Virus record (IMG/VR): IMGVR_UViG_3300031555_006395
Location: 17,682-81,681 of that record
DNA length: 64,000 bases
Source of the DNA: a virus
Lineage: Duplodnaviria; Caudoviricetes
Reading direction: 5' to 3' (one strand)
Both the position numbers and the translations under genes were made by a program. The notes under the pieces are model-generated. The model was not told the DNA's origin and did no database searches. It saw nothing but the letters and a program-made list of their open reading frames with translations. Shown piece after piece: positions 18,642 through 28,142 of this stretch (positions are counted from its first letter, which is position 1; every line of letters begins with the position of its first letter).

Positions 18642-19034
18642 ATGAAACCTATCAATGCTGAAATCAAATCCGCCATCATCGAAATGTACAAAGAGGGCAA
18701 TAACCAGAAAACGATTGCAGATCGCTATGGCGTTCATTACACTACCGTTTCCCGTCTTTTGAAAAGGGAAGGCTTGAACGACAGAACTCGCAGCCGTACC
18801 AACATGAAAACCGATGAACCTATCGGCATCATCTGTTTGAAATGCGGTCATCGTCATCCGAATAACTTTACCTTCTGTCCTGATTGCGGCAGCCGAATGA
18901 TTTTGGACAAAGACAGCGCAATCGAAGTGCTGAACAAAGTGATTACCGGCATTAACACGCCTACTGCATACATGAAAAACGATGCCGTTATGAAACTCGC
19001 CAGGGTTATTGATTTCATCAAAACGATTGAGTAG
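18642..19034 (+). CDS. HTH plus zinc-ribbon protein
   Basis: NQKTIADRYGVHYTTVSRLL HTH; CLKCG...FCPDCG. Confidence 0.75.
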   Translation: MKPINAEIKSAIIEMYKEGNNQKTIADRYGVHYTTVSRLLKREGLNDRTRSRTNMKTDEPIGIICLKCGHRHPNNFTFCPDCGSRMILDKDSAIEVLNKVITGINTPTAYMKNDAVMKLARVIDFIKTIE

Positions 19035-19151
19035 CGAGTAATTCAATCGCAATAATAGCGAATGAAATTAAAATGGTTTTCTGTGGGCTTGTACCTAACA
19101 AGCTCACGACCATGGCGAAAGCCTAAAAATTCTATGAAAGGAGCGATGTGT

Positions 19152-19421
19152 ATGAAGTGCGCTATCTGTGGACGTAAAGAAATGAATTTGGTTTATTCCA
19201 GCATCTACACCGGCGCAGTTTGTGTGGATTGCTACGACAAAGCCAAAGCAAAAACAAAGTGGGCGAGTGAAAGGATCGCCTACGAACAGCATGAAAATGG
19301 GTGGGTCACTGTCATTTGGAAGGGCATCGAAAAGAATGGCGTTTACAAGATGAAGTATCCCAACTATCGAATTGCAATGGAATTTGCAAAGCAACTGATT
19401 GACAACTTTTATGAATTTTAG
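19152..19421 (+). CDS. hypothetical protein with CxxC pairs
   Basis: RBS AAAGGAG; CAICG...VCVDC. Confidence 0.65.
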   Translation: MKCAICGRKEMNLVYSSIYTGAVCVDCYDKAKAKTKWASERIAYEQHENGWVTVIWKGIEKNGVYKMKYPNYRIAMEFAKQLIDNFYEF

Positions 19422-19433
19422 GAGGAAAAGACA

Positions 19434-21071
19434 ATGTTGAATGAATCTGTAAAAGCAAAACTGGTTGACGATATCGAGCAGGTCCTGACAGATAATGAGC
19501 AAGAGTATAAAGAAGCCGAAATTATCGCTCTCGTAAATCGTTGGTATGCAGCTAAGGAGCCGTTGATTAACTTGTTGCGGAAACATCCTAACTGGAATGA
19601 AAATGCTTTTGCCGTTGTATTTGATTGTGATTCTGTTCGCTCTGTGGATGAAAATAAAATCTATAATAAATTGCGAGAAAAATATATCTACTTCCCGAAT
19701 CATGACCTCTATCGTTATGACCCAACATTTAATTGGGTGTATAATTTTGCTCAACGTACAATGGTAATGGATGACCAGATTGAAAAAGCAGGGTACTATA
19801 TTCAGACAGAGCATCCTCTTCATGCCGGCAAAACAACCAGGGTTTTGAATAAGATTTTCACCGATCTTAATTGGGATTTTCCAACGAAAATGGGTACATA
19901 TGTAGATAGTAATGGAAAAGAACGCAATGAATATGACCGATGGTTTGCTGAATTAAGTGATTTGATCAATCCTATGAAAGTAACTCGCCATACATTGTTG
20001 AGTGTACACCCTTGTGACTATTTGAATATGAGTCATGGTACAGGATGGGCGTCTTGTCATAATATCTACGACGGTGAATATATGGCGGGAACTCTTTCTT
20101 ATATGTGTGATAAAACCAGCATGATTTTCTATACAGTCAGAGCAGAATACGATGGTGATTGCTATTGGAATGAAGAGAAAATCAATCGACAGGTTTATTG
20201 TTATTCTGGAACTACGATGTTACAGAGCCGGCTGTATCCTCGGTACAATGACTATGAAAACATTGAGATTTTCAGAAATGCAGTACAGAATATCCTTGCC
20301 GCTTGTCTGGGCGTACCAAACAGATGGATTTTGAAAAAGGGTGTGAATACAAGTATCACTCGTACGAATGGTTTGCAGTACCCTGACTATAATTACAGCG
20401 ATTTTAATACGAACATCTGTGTACTTCGTGATGAAGAGCCAAATGAAATTGAAATCGGTTCAGTAGCATACTGTATTGAATGTGGTTCGCGTTTAAGAGA
20501 TAACGACTATCTGAATTGTTGCTCCGGCGGTGGTTACACCTGCGAATGTTGCGGAAATCGTATTCATTATGACGATGTTCGTTGGGTGGGCGATACCCCT
20601 TACTGTGATGAATGTGCAATCTGGTGTGAACATTGTAATCGATACGAGTATTACGAAGATATCCATGAGTACCATGTAGATGGCGTTTGGATGTGGATTT
20701 GTAATGATTGTATCGACCAGTATTATTCGTTATGTGAATCTTGTAATGAATACTTTTTGAATAGCGAAATGAATACGGACGGAAACATTGATCTTTGTCA
20801 GAATTGCCTTGAAAACTATTATTATGTATGCGCTGAATGTGGAGAATTCGTACATCATGATGATGCTTGTATGGGTCTTGACGATGAATACCGTTGTCAG
20901 TATTGCCATGAACAGAAATATAAAACCTGCCATGATTGTGGTTGTATTGTTGATACTGACCGAGAGGGCGAATACATTCCTGAAAAAGGATATTATCTGT
21001 GTGATTACTGCTATGAGTCGTATATTGATTCAAACGATGATGAAATTGAAATGCGAGATGCAGGTTGTTAG
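19434..21071 (+). CDS. unknown-domain protein with C-terminal zinc-ribbon array (paralog A)
   Basis: LSVHPCDYLNMS, WASCH, LQSRLYP; many CxxC pairs at the C-terminus. Confidence 0.85.
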   Translation: MLNESVKAKLVDDIEQVLTDNEQEYKEAEIIALVNRWYAAKEPLINLLRKHPNWNENAFAVVFDCDSVRSVDENKIYNKLREKYIYFPNHDLYRYDPTFNWVYNFAQRTMVMDDQIEKAGYYIQTEHPLHAGKTTRVLNKIFTDLNWDFPTKMGTYVDSNGKERNEYDRWFAELSDLINPMKVTRHTLLSVHPCDYLNMSHGTGWASCHNIYDGEYMAGTLSYMCDKTSMIFYTVRAEYDGDCYWNEEKINRQVYCYSGTTMLQSRLYPRYNDYENIEIFRNAVQNILAACLGVPNRWILKKGVNTSITRTNGLQYPDYNYSDFNTNICVLRDEEPNEIEIGSVAYCIECGSRLRDNDYLNCCSGGGYTCECCGNRIHYDDVRWVGDTPYCDECAIWCEHCNRYEYYEDIHEYHVDGVWMWICNDCIDQYYSLCESCNEYFLNSEMNTDGNIDLCQNCLENYYYVCAECGEFVHHDDACMGLDDEYRCQYCHEQKYKTCHDCGCIVDTDREGEYIPEKGYYLCDYCYESYIDSNDDEIEMRDAGC

Positions 21072-21077
21072 GAGGAT

Positions 21078-22232
21078 ATGAAAATGAAATTTAGCACCAT
21101 TATTAAAGCAGAGCAGCATCAGCTGAAGAATTTATTGAAATCTGAATTAAAGTATCAAGGATATCATCCCATCAGCAAACAAGGCTTTTTGTATGCAGAG
21201 GGAGAAGTCCCCATTCTGTTGGTTGCCCATATGGATACAGTTCATATGAAACCAGTTAGTCAAATCTTTTACAGCGAAGATAACGACATTATGATGGCCA
21301 GAGAGGGCATCGGTGGAGATGATCGATGTGGGATCTTTATCATCATGGAATTGATTCGTGAAACAAAATGTCATGTTCTGTTCTGTGAAGATGAAGAAGT
21401 TGGCGGTATTGGAGCGAAAAAGTTTTGCGCATCCAATATCAAGCCGGATGTGAAATTCATGATTGAATTTGACCGTAAAGGTGCAGATGATTCGGTTTAC
21501 TACGATTGTGGTAACTATGAATTTCAAAAGTTTATAGATTCGTATGGATTTGAAGAGTCGTATGGCACATTTTCTGATATTTCGATTCTTGGTCCGCATT
21601 TTGATATCGCAGCGGTGAATTTGTCCAGCGGATATTATAACGCACATACAAAAGAAGAATACATTGTGAAAAGCGATGTATGGAAAACGATTGAAAGAGC
21701 TAGAAGAATCATCAGAACAAAAGATTTGAAATCTTATGATTATCAGGAGATTCAGTGGTCTTACAGCGCAGGTCTTTACGGGAAAAATTACCGTGGTGCT
21801 TATGGATATGATTACGATGATTGGGGGTATTATGGCGGATATGACTATGATAACAAAACCAATAAAGGTGCATTTCATGGGAAAGATGCCCCTTGGTCTG
21901 AGTATGGTGATGGTTGGTATAAAGGCTATGAAATGATGAAAGCTGTTCCGCTGAGCAGTGGTGAGTGGGCAACAACGATCGACGGCGAATTTCTCTGCGA
22001 TGAAGATGATTTGTGGCTTGGCGCCGATGGAAAAGGCTACATTGTTGATTATGACAATGATTTTCTACTGTTTATTGCAGACCAGGTTTTCACCGAAAAT
22101 GGATTGCCGCGCCGATGGACCGAAGAAGATGACATCGAAGGAACTTATGGCTATATCGATAATTATGTCGAATATGGCTTGAAAGATAAAGCAGAGGAGG
22201 AAAAAGTATTATGCTTGCCCACAAAGTCGTAG
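21078..22232 (+). CDS. M28/M20-family zinc peptidase with Tyr/Gly/Asp-rich tail
   Basis: AHMDTV, GGDDRCG, DEEVG, EFDRKG, TFSDI, GYYNAHT. Confidence 0.82.
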   Translation: MKMKFSTIIKAEQHQLKNLLKSELKYQGYHPISKQGFLYAEGEVPILLVAHMDTVHMKPVSQIFYSEDNDIMMAREGIGGDDRCGIFIIMELIRETKCHVLFCEDEEVGGIGAKKFCASNIKPDVKFMIEFDRKGADDSVYYDCGNYEFQKFIDSYGFEESYGTFSDISILGPHFDIAAVNLSSGYYNAHTKEEYIVKSDVWKTIERARRIIRTKDLKSYDYQEIQWSYSAGLYGKNYRGAYGYDYDDWGYYGGYDYDNKTNKGAFHGKDAPWSEYGDGWYKGYEMMKAVPLSSGEWATTIDGEFLCDEDDLWLGADGKGYIVDYDNDFLLFIADQVFTENGLPRRWTEEDDIEGTYGYIDNYVEYGLKDKAEEEKVLCLPTKS

Positions 22233-22417
22233 TTTACGCCACCATGAAAACGGTTCTTGATGAAATCCTTACAGACACCAGCGAACATTATGTACTCACA
22301 AGAGACTCACAAGAAGCTGTGGATCTTGTCCGTAAAAAGCTGCAGGATGCAGGTTGGGAAGTACATGAAATGAAAACAAAATGCATCTGGATCGATAAAA
22401 TAGGAGGTTTGGAATGA
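22211..22417 (+). CDS. hypothetical protein
   Basis: RBS GAGGAGG; overlaps neighbours. Confidence 0.6.
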   Translation: MLAHKVVVYATMKTVLDEILTDTSEHYVLTRDSQEAVDLVRKKLQDAGWEVHEMKTKCIWIDKIGGLE

Positions 22418-22854
22418 AACAGAAATTCTTTGTGGACATCGATAAAAAACTGACTGATTCGTTTGTCGTTGAAGCGGAAAGCAAAGACGAACTGCTTGCC
22501 AAAATCTTCGAATGTTATGAAAAAATGACGGGTCAAAACAGTGTCGTTTACAACTTTGCCATTACAGATGAAAATGGCGAAACAATCAAAGAACGAGACC
22601 GTTCTGACTATCATTACACCGACTTTGAAGATCCATTTCTCGAACGGCAGTATGCGGTTGATTTGGTTGCCCCAATTCATATGACTGAAATGGATTATGC
22701 GAAAGGGACCATGCTTAAAGATGAAAGAGGGTGGGCCATTTGGTTTGATTCCTTGGATGAAGCAAAGACGGCATGTATAAAAGCCGGAGGATATTGTGTG
22801 ATTGACAGCGAGGAATTAGAAGATGTTTGGTTTAACCCCAATTATCGAAAATAA
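22414..22854 (+). CDS. acidic hypothetical protein, N-terminal DpnD/PcfM-like motif
   Basis: FFVDIDKKLTDSFVVEAESKDELLAKI. Confidence 0.65.
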   Translation: MKQKFFVDIDKKLTDSFVVEAESKDELLAKIFECYEKMTGQNSVVYNFAITDENGETIKERDRSDYHYTDFEDPFLERQYAVDLVAPIHMTEMDYAKGTMLKDERGWAIWFDSLDEAKTACIKAGGYCVIDSEELEDVWFNPNYRK

Positions 22855-22863
22855 CAGGAGGAA

Positions 22864-24435
22864 ATGAAAATGACACAGGCACAGAGAATGAAATTAGCAA
22901 AGTCTATAATGGATGTTTTGGATATGCATAAGCATCATTATACTGAAAAAGGAATTTATTATACGATCGACCGATGGTACGATAATAAAAAGCCGCTGAT
23001 TGACATGTTGCGAAAACATCCTAATTGGGATGAAACACTTTGGGCTGTACACTTTGATATGGATTACGAACGAGTAGGTAATGTAAATGCCGCACACGAC
23101 TTGATTTATGCTCTATATCCGGCGTATGTTGGTGATGATTTGTATGGTTACCTTTACGACCTGTGTAATTCCACATGCGTTTCCTCTGAAAAGGCAGATG
23201 AAATTAACAATGATGTATCTTTACAACATCCGCTTCATGCCGGTGTGAAATCCACCAAGGCGATTAACCAAATCCTTGTAGAACATGGAATTGATGGGGA
23301 AATGGGTACGTACATTGATGGTTACGGAAAAGAGCGCCGAGAATACGACCGATGGTTTGCGCAGCTCGCAGATACCCTGTCGCCGATGAAAATCACCAGA
23401 CATACATTGTTAAGCGTTCATCCTTGTGACTATCTGCATATGAGTTATGGCGGCAAAGACAATGGAGACGCTTGGCGTTCTTGTCATAGTCTTGACCATG
23501 GCGAATATATGACCGGCTGCCTTTCGTATATGTGCGATAACGTTTCGATGATTTTCTACACCACATCTAATACTTACTCCGGCGATGAATTTTACAATCA
23601 GCGAAAAATCAATCGCCAGGTATATGCATATGAAAATGGAACACTTTTGCAGAGCCGGCTGTATCCTAATTATGGAGATACTGGTATGTTTGCAAATTTT
23701 CGTTCTATTGTTCAAAACATCATTGCTACAAGTTCTGATATCCCGAACAGATGGATTTTGAAAAAGGGTGTGAATACAAGTATCACTTTGACATGCGAAG
23801 ACTCTACGCATTATCCCGACTATGAATACGATGATTACAATACTAACATCGCAGTTCTTCGTGACCATGATCCACACCCAATTGTCATTGGATCTGTGGC
23901 ACATTGCCTTGATTGTTGTGAACCGCATACCGAAAGCAATCATCTTCGTTGTCTGTCGTGTACGGCAATTGGAATTTGCGCTATTTGCGGGCATCCTATT
24001 CAAGAAGGTGAATTTCACTATACCGATGAAAATGGAAATATGTTCTGCGGAGCTTGCTGTTATTATTGCGAAGGATGTCAAACTTACCATTCTATGAATG
24101 TGCATTATCACGTTGTGAGAGGTTACAGTTATTGTGATAAGTATTACGAAGCACATAAAGTAACCTGCAGTCATTGTGGAAAAATCTATATGGATTATCA
24201 AATGCATAGGGGGTTGAATGGGGAATCAATGTGTGTTAGTTGCTTGAATACCATATATCCTAGATGTTTTGTGTGTGGAGAAAGACATAAATTTAATCAC
24301 ACAATGAAAGACATCTGGGGTGATCCTCGGCCTATCTGCGAAAAATGCTATGAGCAGATACCAACGACGTATCAAGATGGTATATGCTCTACTTCTACAA
24401 CTTCAACAACAGGATACTATAATATTGTGTTTTAA
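22864..24435 (+). CDS. unknown-domain protein with zinc-ribbon array (paralog B of 19434)
   Basis: Shares HPNW, HPLHAG, RHTLLSVHPCDYL, KINRQVY, LQSRLYP, PNRWILKKGVNTSIT with paralog A. Confidence 0.85.
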   Translation: MKMTQAQRMKLAKSIMDVLDMHKHHYTEKGIYYTIDRWYDNKKPLIDMLRKHPNWDETLWAVHFDMDYERVGNVNAAHDLIYALYPAYVGDDLYGYLYDLCNSTCVSSEKADEINNDVSLQHPLHAGVKSTKAINQILVEHGIDGEMGTYIDGYGKERREYDRWFAQLADTLSPMKITRHTLLSVHPCDYLHMSYGGKDNGDAWRSCHSLDHGEYMTGCLSYMCDNVSMIFYTTSNTYSGDEFYNQRKINRQVYAYENGTLLQSRLYPNYGDTGMFANFRSIVQNIIATSSDIPNRWILKKGVNTSITLTCEDSTHYPDYEYDDYNTNIAVLRDHDPHPIVIGSVAHCLDCCEPHTESNHLRCLSCTAIGICAICGHPIQEGEFHYTDENGNMFCGACCYYCEGCQTYHSMNVHYHVVRGYSYCDKYYEAHKVTCSHCGKIYMDYQMHRGLNGESMCVSCLNTIYPRCFVCGERHKFNHTMKDIWGDPRPICEKCYEQIPTTYQDGICSTSTTSTTGYYNIVF

Positions 24436-24442
24436 GGAGGAT

Positions 24443-24871
24443 ATGAAAATGAAAGAAATCAGAACAATTAAAATGGTGGAGAGCGTTGAAGTGCAGTTTG
24501 TTGCAAATGACGGCACCGTTTTTGAAGGCGATAATGCTGAAATGAAATGTATCAATTATGAACGCACTTGTGATGTAAAGAAAGTTAAAGAAAGATTTAA
24601 ACGTTTAGAGTCGAAAGTGTTAAATACCTCTTATATTGAATGGTTTTATCCTGATGGTCGTTTTAGAAAGATTCTTCTAAATTCTAAAAGCGATTATATC
24701 GCTATGATGGATTATTACAATGTGGTTATTCAAGTGTGTGACAATGATTTAAATGAACCGGCATCATATCCATACTCAATGATTGTTGCAGAGTACTTTG
24801 ATTACGTCACAGAGTACATCGGCGACTTGGCGTCTGAACTGCAGAAAACCATTGACCAGCTTAATGAATAA
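24443..24871 (+). CDS. hypothetical protein
   Basis: RBS AAGGAGG; start shifted from the ORF-track call. Confidence 0.7.
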   Translation: MKMKEIRTIKMVESVEVQFVANDGTVFEGDNAEMKCINYERTCDVKKVKERFKRLESKVLNTSYIEWFYPDGRFRKILLNSKSDYIAMMDYYNVVIQVCDNDLNEPASYPYSMIVAEYFDYVTEYIGDLASELQKTIDQLNE

Positions 24872-24893
24872 TTAAGAATGATTAAAGGAGGAC

Positions 24894-25151
24894 ATGAAAA
24901 TGGATGAAAAACTAATCGTCTATCGTGTTGGTTTTAATGATGGAGATGAAACAGAAGTCGATGCAGAATCTGAAGCTGAAGCGATTGAATTGGCCAAAAC
25001 AATTGCAACAGAAAGTGGAGTAGGATTTGAACTTGATTATGTAGAGCCTTGCGGTTATAAGATTTCCGGTGGCAAAATGGTGGACGAAAAGACTGGCAAA
25101 ACTCTGCTCACCTTTGGTGAGGGCAGTATTTTATTCGGAAATAAGATGTAG
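24894..25151 (+). CDS. small acidic protein (DpnD/PcfM-like motif)
   Basis: YRVGFNDGDETEVDAESEAEAIELAK. Confidence 0.65.
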   Translation: MKMDEKLIVYRVGFNDGDETEVDAESEAEAIELAKTIATESGVGFELDYVEPCGYKISGGKMVDEKTGKTLLTFGEGSILFGNKM

Positions 25152-25173
25152 TTTTAAGTGGAGGATTTGAGTG

Positions 25174-25301
25174 TGAATGAATATAAGGTAGCAATCACCA
25201 TTGAAAGTGATGAAGAAATTTATGGTGAGGAATTTTGGGTAAGAGCAGATAGCATTGATGAAGCAATGGAATATATCAAAAGTAAACTTGATGTAGATTA
25301 A
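25174..25301 (+). CDS. 42-aa acidic protein
   Basis: Not in ORF track; RBS GGAGG, GTG start; YKVAITIESDEE...VRADSIDEAMEYIK. Confidence 0.6.
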
Positions 25302-25337
25302 AAGAATTATTTTAAGTGGTTTATGGAGGATTTAATT

Positions 25338-25595
25338 ATGCGTAAGATGAATAAAGAAGAAAAGAAACTGATTGAAGTTGAAATCACAAGTATGATGCAA
25401 TTCGCAGTCGGAAGCGATTATGCAAGATACATTCTTGGAGACAAGGGCGAAGATGGTGAAAATACCTTTATTGAAGATGTGATTGAAGATGTGATGTGTG
25501 CCTCTGCTTGGGGAGACGAGGGATTCTATAGTAGTGATGATGTTCGTCTTGCTATTGGCAGAGTACTGATGGATAGAATGGGAATTTACTATTAA
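25338..25595 (+). CDS. small acidic hypothetical protein
   Basis: RBS GGAGG; flanked by spacer palindromes. Confidence 0.7.
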   Translation: MRKMNKEEKKLIEVEITSMMQFAVGSDYARYILGDKGEDGENTFIEDVIEDVMCASAWGDEGFYSSDDVRLAIGRVLMDRMGIYY

Positions 25596-25621
25596 AATGT
25601 AATTTTATGAGGTAAATATAT

Positions 25622-25927
25622 ATGAGAAAAGATATTATGCTTGGAGTAAATAGCAAAAGTAATCGTTGTTGTAAACTTCTTTGCTTAGTGCCGTTTGAGA
25701 GAATTGTATCTTCAGAAGTCGAAGAATCTGATTTTATTCACGATGCTACAAACTGGTGTGGAAATGATGAAATCAAAAGAACTCTTGAACTTATCAAGAT
25801 GAAGCAGACTGGGAATAAAATTGTTCTTGATAAGCCTATTGTATTTCATGGATATGATTATGATTGGGGCAGAGAATGTCCTTGGCAGTTTGAAGTCGAT
25901 GAAATTCACGAATTGGAAGAGATTTAA
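25622..25927 (+). CDS. hypothetical protein
   Basis: RBS GAGGT; flanked by spacer palindromes. Confidence 0.7.
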   Translation: MRKDIMLGVNSKSNRCCKLLCLVPFERIVSSEVEESDFIHDATNWCGNDEIKRTLELIKMKQTGNKIVLDKPIVFHGYDYDWGRECPWQFEVDEIHELEEI

Positions 25928-25952
25928 AAGGATAATTTTATGAGGTGAAAGT

Positions 25953-26141
25953 ATGAATAGATACCTTATGAGAATTGAGGGTTATTTTTCTGGATGGAAA
26001 CAGTTTGAGATTGAAGCAGACAATAAGCAGGACGCTGTAGTAAGAGCAAAGGAATATTGTAAGAAACATTCCGAATATGGCATTGGTGGAAATTATAAGT
26101 TTGATTCAATCGAATGTGTTAAGAAGTTGAATATAAAATGA
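25953..26141 (+). CDS. small protein (DpnD/PcfM-like motif)
   Basis: FEIEADNKQDAVVRAKEY. Confidence 0.65.
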   Translation: MNRYLMRIEGYFSGWKQFEIEADNKQDAVVRAKEYCKKHSEYGIGGNYKFDSIECVKKLNIK

Positions 26142-26161
26142 CGATTTTGTGAGGTAGCGAT

Positions 26162-26359
26162 ATGGATTACAAAATAGAAGTTGATATGTGCCCACACGAA
26201 TGGGATAACGAAAATAGACCTTATTTTTGGATGATAACCAACGGTGTTTGTAACAACGGTTTTGGATGGAGCGAAACACCAGAACAAGCATGGAAAGATG
26301 CGTTAAATTATTATATTTACCATGTAAAAAGTAATTTACGGGGTGGTGAAACGGTGTGA
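26162..26359 (+). CDS. small Trp-rich hypothetical protein
   Basis: RBS GAGGT. Confidence 0.65.
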   Translation: MDYKIEVDMCPHEWDNENRPYFWMITNGVCNNGFGWSETPEQAWKDALNYYIYHVKSNLRGGETV

Positions 26360-26628
26360 AAAACGGATGCAAAGATTTTATTTCTCCTACAATGGATAAG
26401 ATTAAAATCGAACCCTTTTTTGAGAATCGTTTGCACGATATTGCTTTTGCTCAAGTTAGTTTACGACATTTAAATAATAGGGGTGTATATTTAGAAGATA
26501 CTATACAACTTACGCAAGAATTGTATAAATACATTATCTATCTGTATTCTCATATAGAACAACTTGAAAAAGACAAGCAGTACTTATTGGCTCAATATTT
26601 AAAAAAACACAAAAGAGATAGGTTGTGA
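26356..26628 (+). CDS. hypothetical protein
   Basis: GTGA overlap; RBS GGTGGTG. Confidence 0.55.
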   Translation: MKNGCKDFISPTMDKIKIEPFFENRLHDIAFAQVSLRHLNNRGVYLEDTIQLTQELYKYIIYLYSHIEQLEKDKQYLLAQYLKKHKRDRL

Positions 26629-26632
26629 TGAT

Positions 26633-26866
26633 ATGGATATCTTATATGATTGTTATGACGAAAATGAAAAGCCTATTGGGATTATTTTTGCTAAAGATTG
26701 TGCCGATTTATTGCAGAAAAATCCAAATGTAAAATATGTGAGAGGAATCGATGCTGTTACTCGCAGACCTCATTGGCACAAGGTAAAAGAAAATGGTTTA
26801 TGGCCTTACCAACCCAAAGTTAAAGCGCATAGGGACGAAAGTGACTGGCATTATTCAGACTATTGA
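26633..26866 (+). CDS. hypothetical protein
   Basis: 77 aa ORF in the operon. Confidence 0.55.
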   Translation: MDILYDCYDENEKPIGIIFAKDCADLLQKNPNVKYVRGIDAVTRRPHWHKVKENGLWPYQPKVKAHRDESDWHYSDY

Positions 26867-26902
26867 ATACATAAAAGAGTGATTTTGTGAGGAGGTAATG
26901 AA

Positions 26903-27142
26903 ATGGCAAGAATCTGGTTCAGAGTAGGTATGGAAGCGGATGTGACAGAAGAAGAAATGAATACCCTGCTTGTTTATAGTGGACAAGCGGAAGGTAAAAG
27001 AGATTGGAAAAAGGCACAGACCGTTATGAAATCTATCATTAAAAGATCAGAATTAAGCGGAGAAACTTACATCTTAGGTAAAGATTGCGGAGGTGTAGAT
27101 AATTACGATAATCCAGATAATGAAATTGGTTTCTTTTTCTAA
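26903..27142 (+). CDS. hypothetical protein
   Basis: RBS GAGGAGGT. Confidence 0.7.
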   Translation: MARIWFRVGMEADVTEEEMNTLLVYSGQAEGKRDWKKAQTVMKSIIKRSELSGETYILGKDCGGVDNYDNPDNEIGFFF

Positions 27143-27184
27143 TCTTATGAAAGAAAAATTTAAAAGGAGGATTTAAGAATTAAA

Positions 27185-27448
27185 ATGAATGTAGATCGAG
27201 AAAGATTAACGAAACTGTTGAATCAAATTAAATACACAAGAATTGAAAATGCGGTTAATATTCTGATTGATAATGGTGTGGTAATTCGGAAATGCGGAAA
27301 ACCAATTGAACATACTGAGATTTTCTTCAATTCGGATGGAAAGCCGGTTGTAGAATACATAGTTGGTAAGGCATGTCCGTTCTGTGAAAGTACAACGATT
27401 GAAAACTACTGTGCCAACTGTGGTGCGAAAATGGATAAGGAGGAATAA
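27185..27448 (+). CDS. zinc-ribbon protein (CANCGAKMD family, copy 1)
   Basis: CPFC...YCANCGAKMD. Confidence 0.7.
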   Translation: MNVDRERLTKLLNQIKYTRIENAVNILIDNGVVIRKCGKPIEHTEIFFNSDGKPVVEYIVGKACPFCESTTIENYCANCGAKMDKEE

Positions 27449-27450
27449 CT

Positions 27451-27798
27451 ATGCGGTTGATTGATGCTGATGCGCTGAAAAAGAAAGCGAGGTATGCGTT
27501 CGAGTCAAATACGGGTGGGCATATTCCTCCCGTAGTAAGCGCAGACGATATTGACGATGCTCCCACCATCGAAGCCGAACCTGTGAAGCGTGGGCAGTGG
27601 ATTGGGGATGGGTATTATGAAAAACCGTGCGTTTGCTCCTATTGTGGTGCAGAAGCACATTATATAAGCACATTCAAAGAGACCTATGACTATGATTGGG
27701 AAGAAAATTTGCAATCCACGGGGTTTGAAGAAATCTGTGAATATATTAAATCCGATTACTGCCCGAACTGCGGTGCAAAGATGGATTTGGAGGAATAG
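27451..27798 (+). CDS. zinc-ribbon protein (MRLIDAD...CPNCGAKMD family, copy 2)
   Basis: MRLIDADALK...APTIEAEPVKRGQW...CSYCG...YCPNCGAKMD. Confidence 0.75.
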   Translation: MRLIDADALKKKARYAFESNTGGHIPPVVSADDIDDAPTIEAEPVKRGQWIGDGYYEKPCVCSYCGAEAHYISTFKETYDYDWEENLQSTGFEEICEYIKSDYCPNCGAKMDLEE

Positions 27799-27800
27799 TT

Positions 27801-28142
27801 ATGCGGTTGATTGATGCAGATAAGCTTAAAGCGGTTTGGATTCGCTTTAAAAAGAGTGATATTGCCGATGGCGGTGGATTTGTATATGACCCTGATGATG
27901 TAATTGAAACGATTGACGAAAGTGAAACCGTCGAAGCTGAGCCTGTGAAGCACGGACGGTGGAAGAAAAGCAAGAAAGAAAAAATGTATTGCGATTGGGA
28001 AATGAATGGTTGGTTTGATTATCCGGAAATCTGTACGAATTGCGGATATGATGCAACTGAGGATGGAATGGGAGTTGGAAACTACTGCCCTAACTGTGGT
28101 GCGAAGATGGATTTGGTGGGTGAGAAAAATGAAAGAGTATAA
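27801..28142 (+). CDS. zinc-ribbon protein (copy 3)
   Basis: MRLIDADKLK...EAEPVKHGRW...CTNCG...YCPNCGAKMD. Confidence 0.75.
   Translation: MRLIDADKLKAVWIRFKKSDIADGGGFVYDPDDVIETIDESETVEAEPVKHGRWKKSKKEKMYCDWEMNGWFDYPEICTNCGYDATEDGMGVGNYCPNCGAKMDLVGEKNERV

Larger units (their letters stand above)
25142..26887 (+). repeat. repeated intergenic palindrome TAAAA-N5/6-TTTT(A/G) between small ORFs
   Basis: Copies at 25142 (TAAGA variant), 25299, 25593, 25925, 26134, 26872; also 37712 and 59884. Confidence 0.75.

Noticed and set aside
25142-28142. CRISPR array or diversity-generating retroelement
   Set aside because: The repeats flank whole ORFs and are short and degenerate, with no constant-length spacers; there is no reverse transcriptase or adenine-specific TR/VR pair in the window
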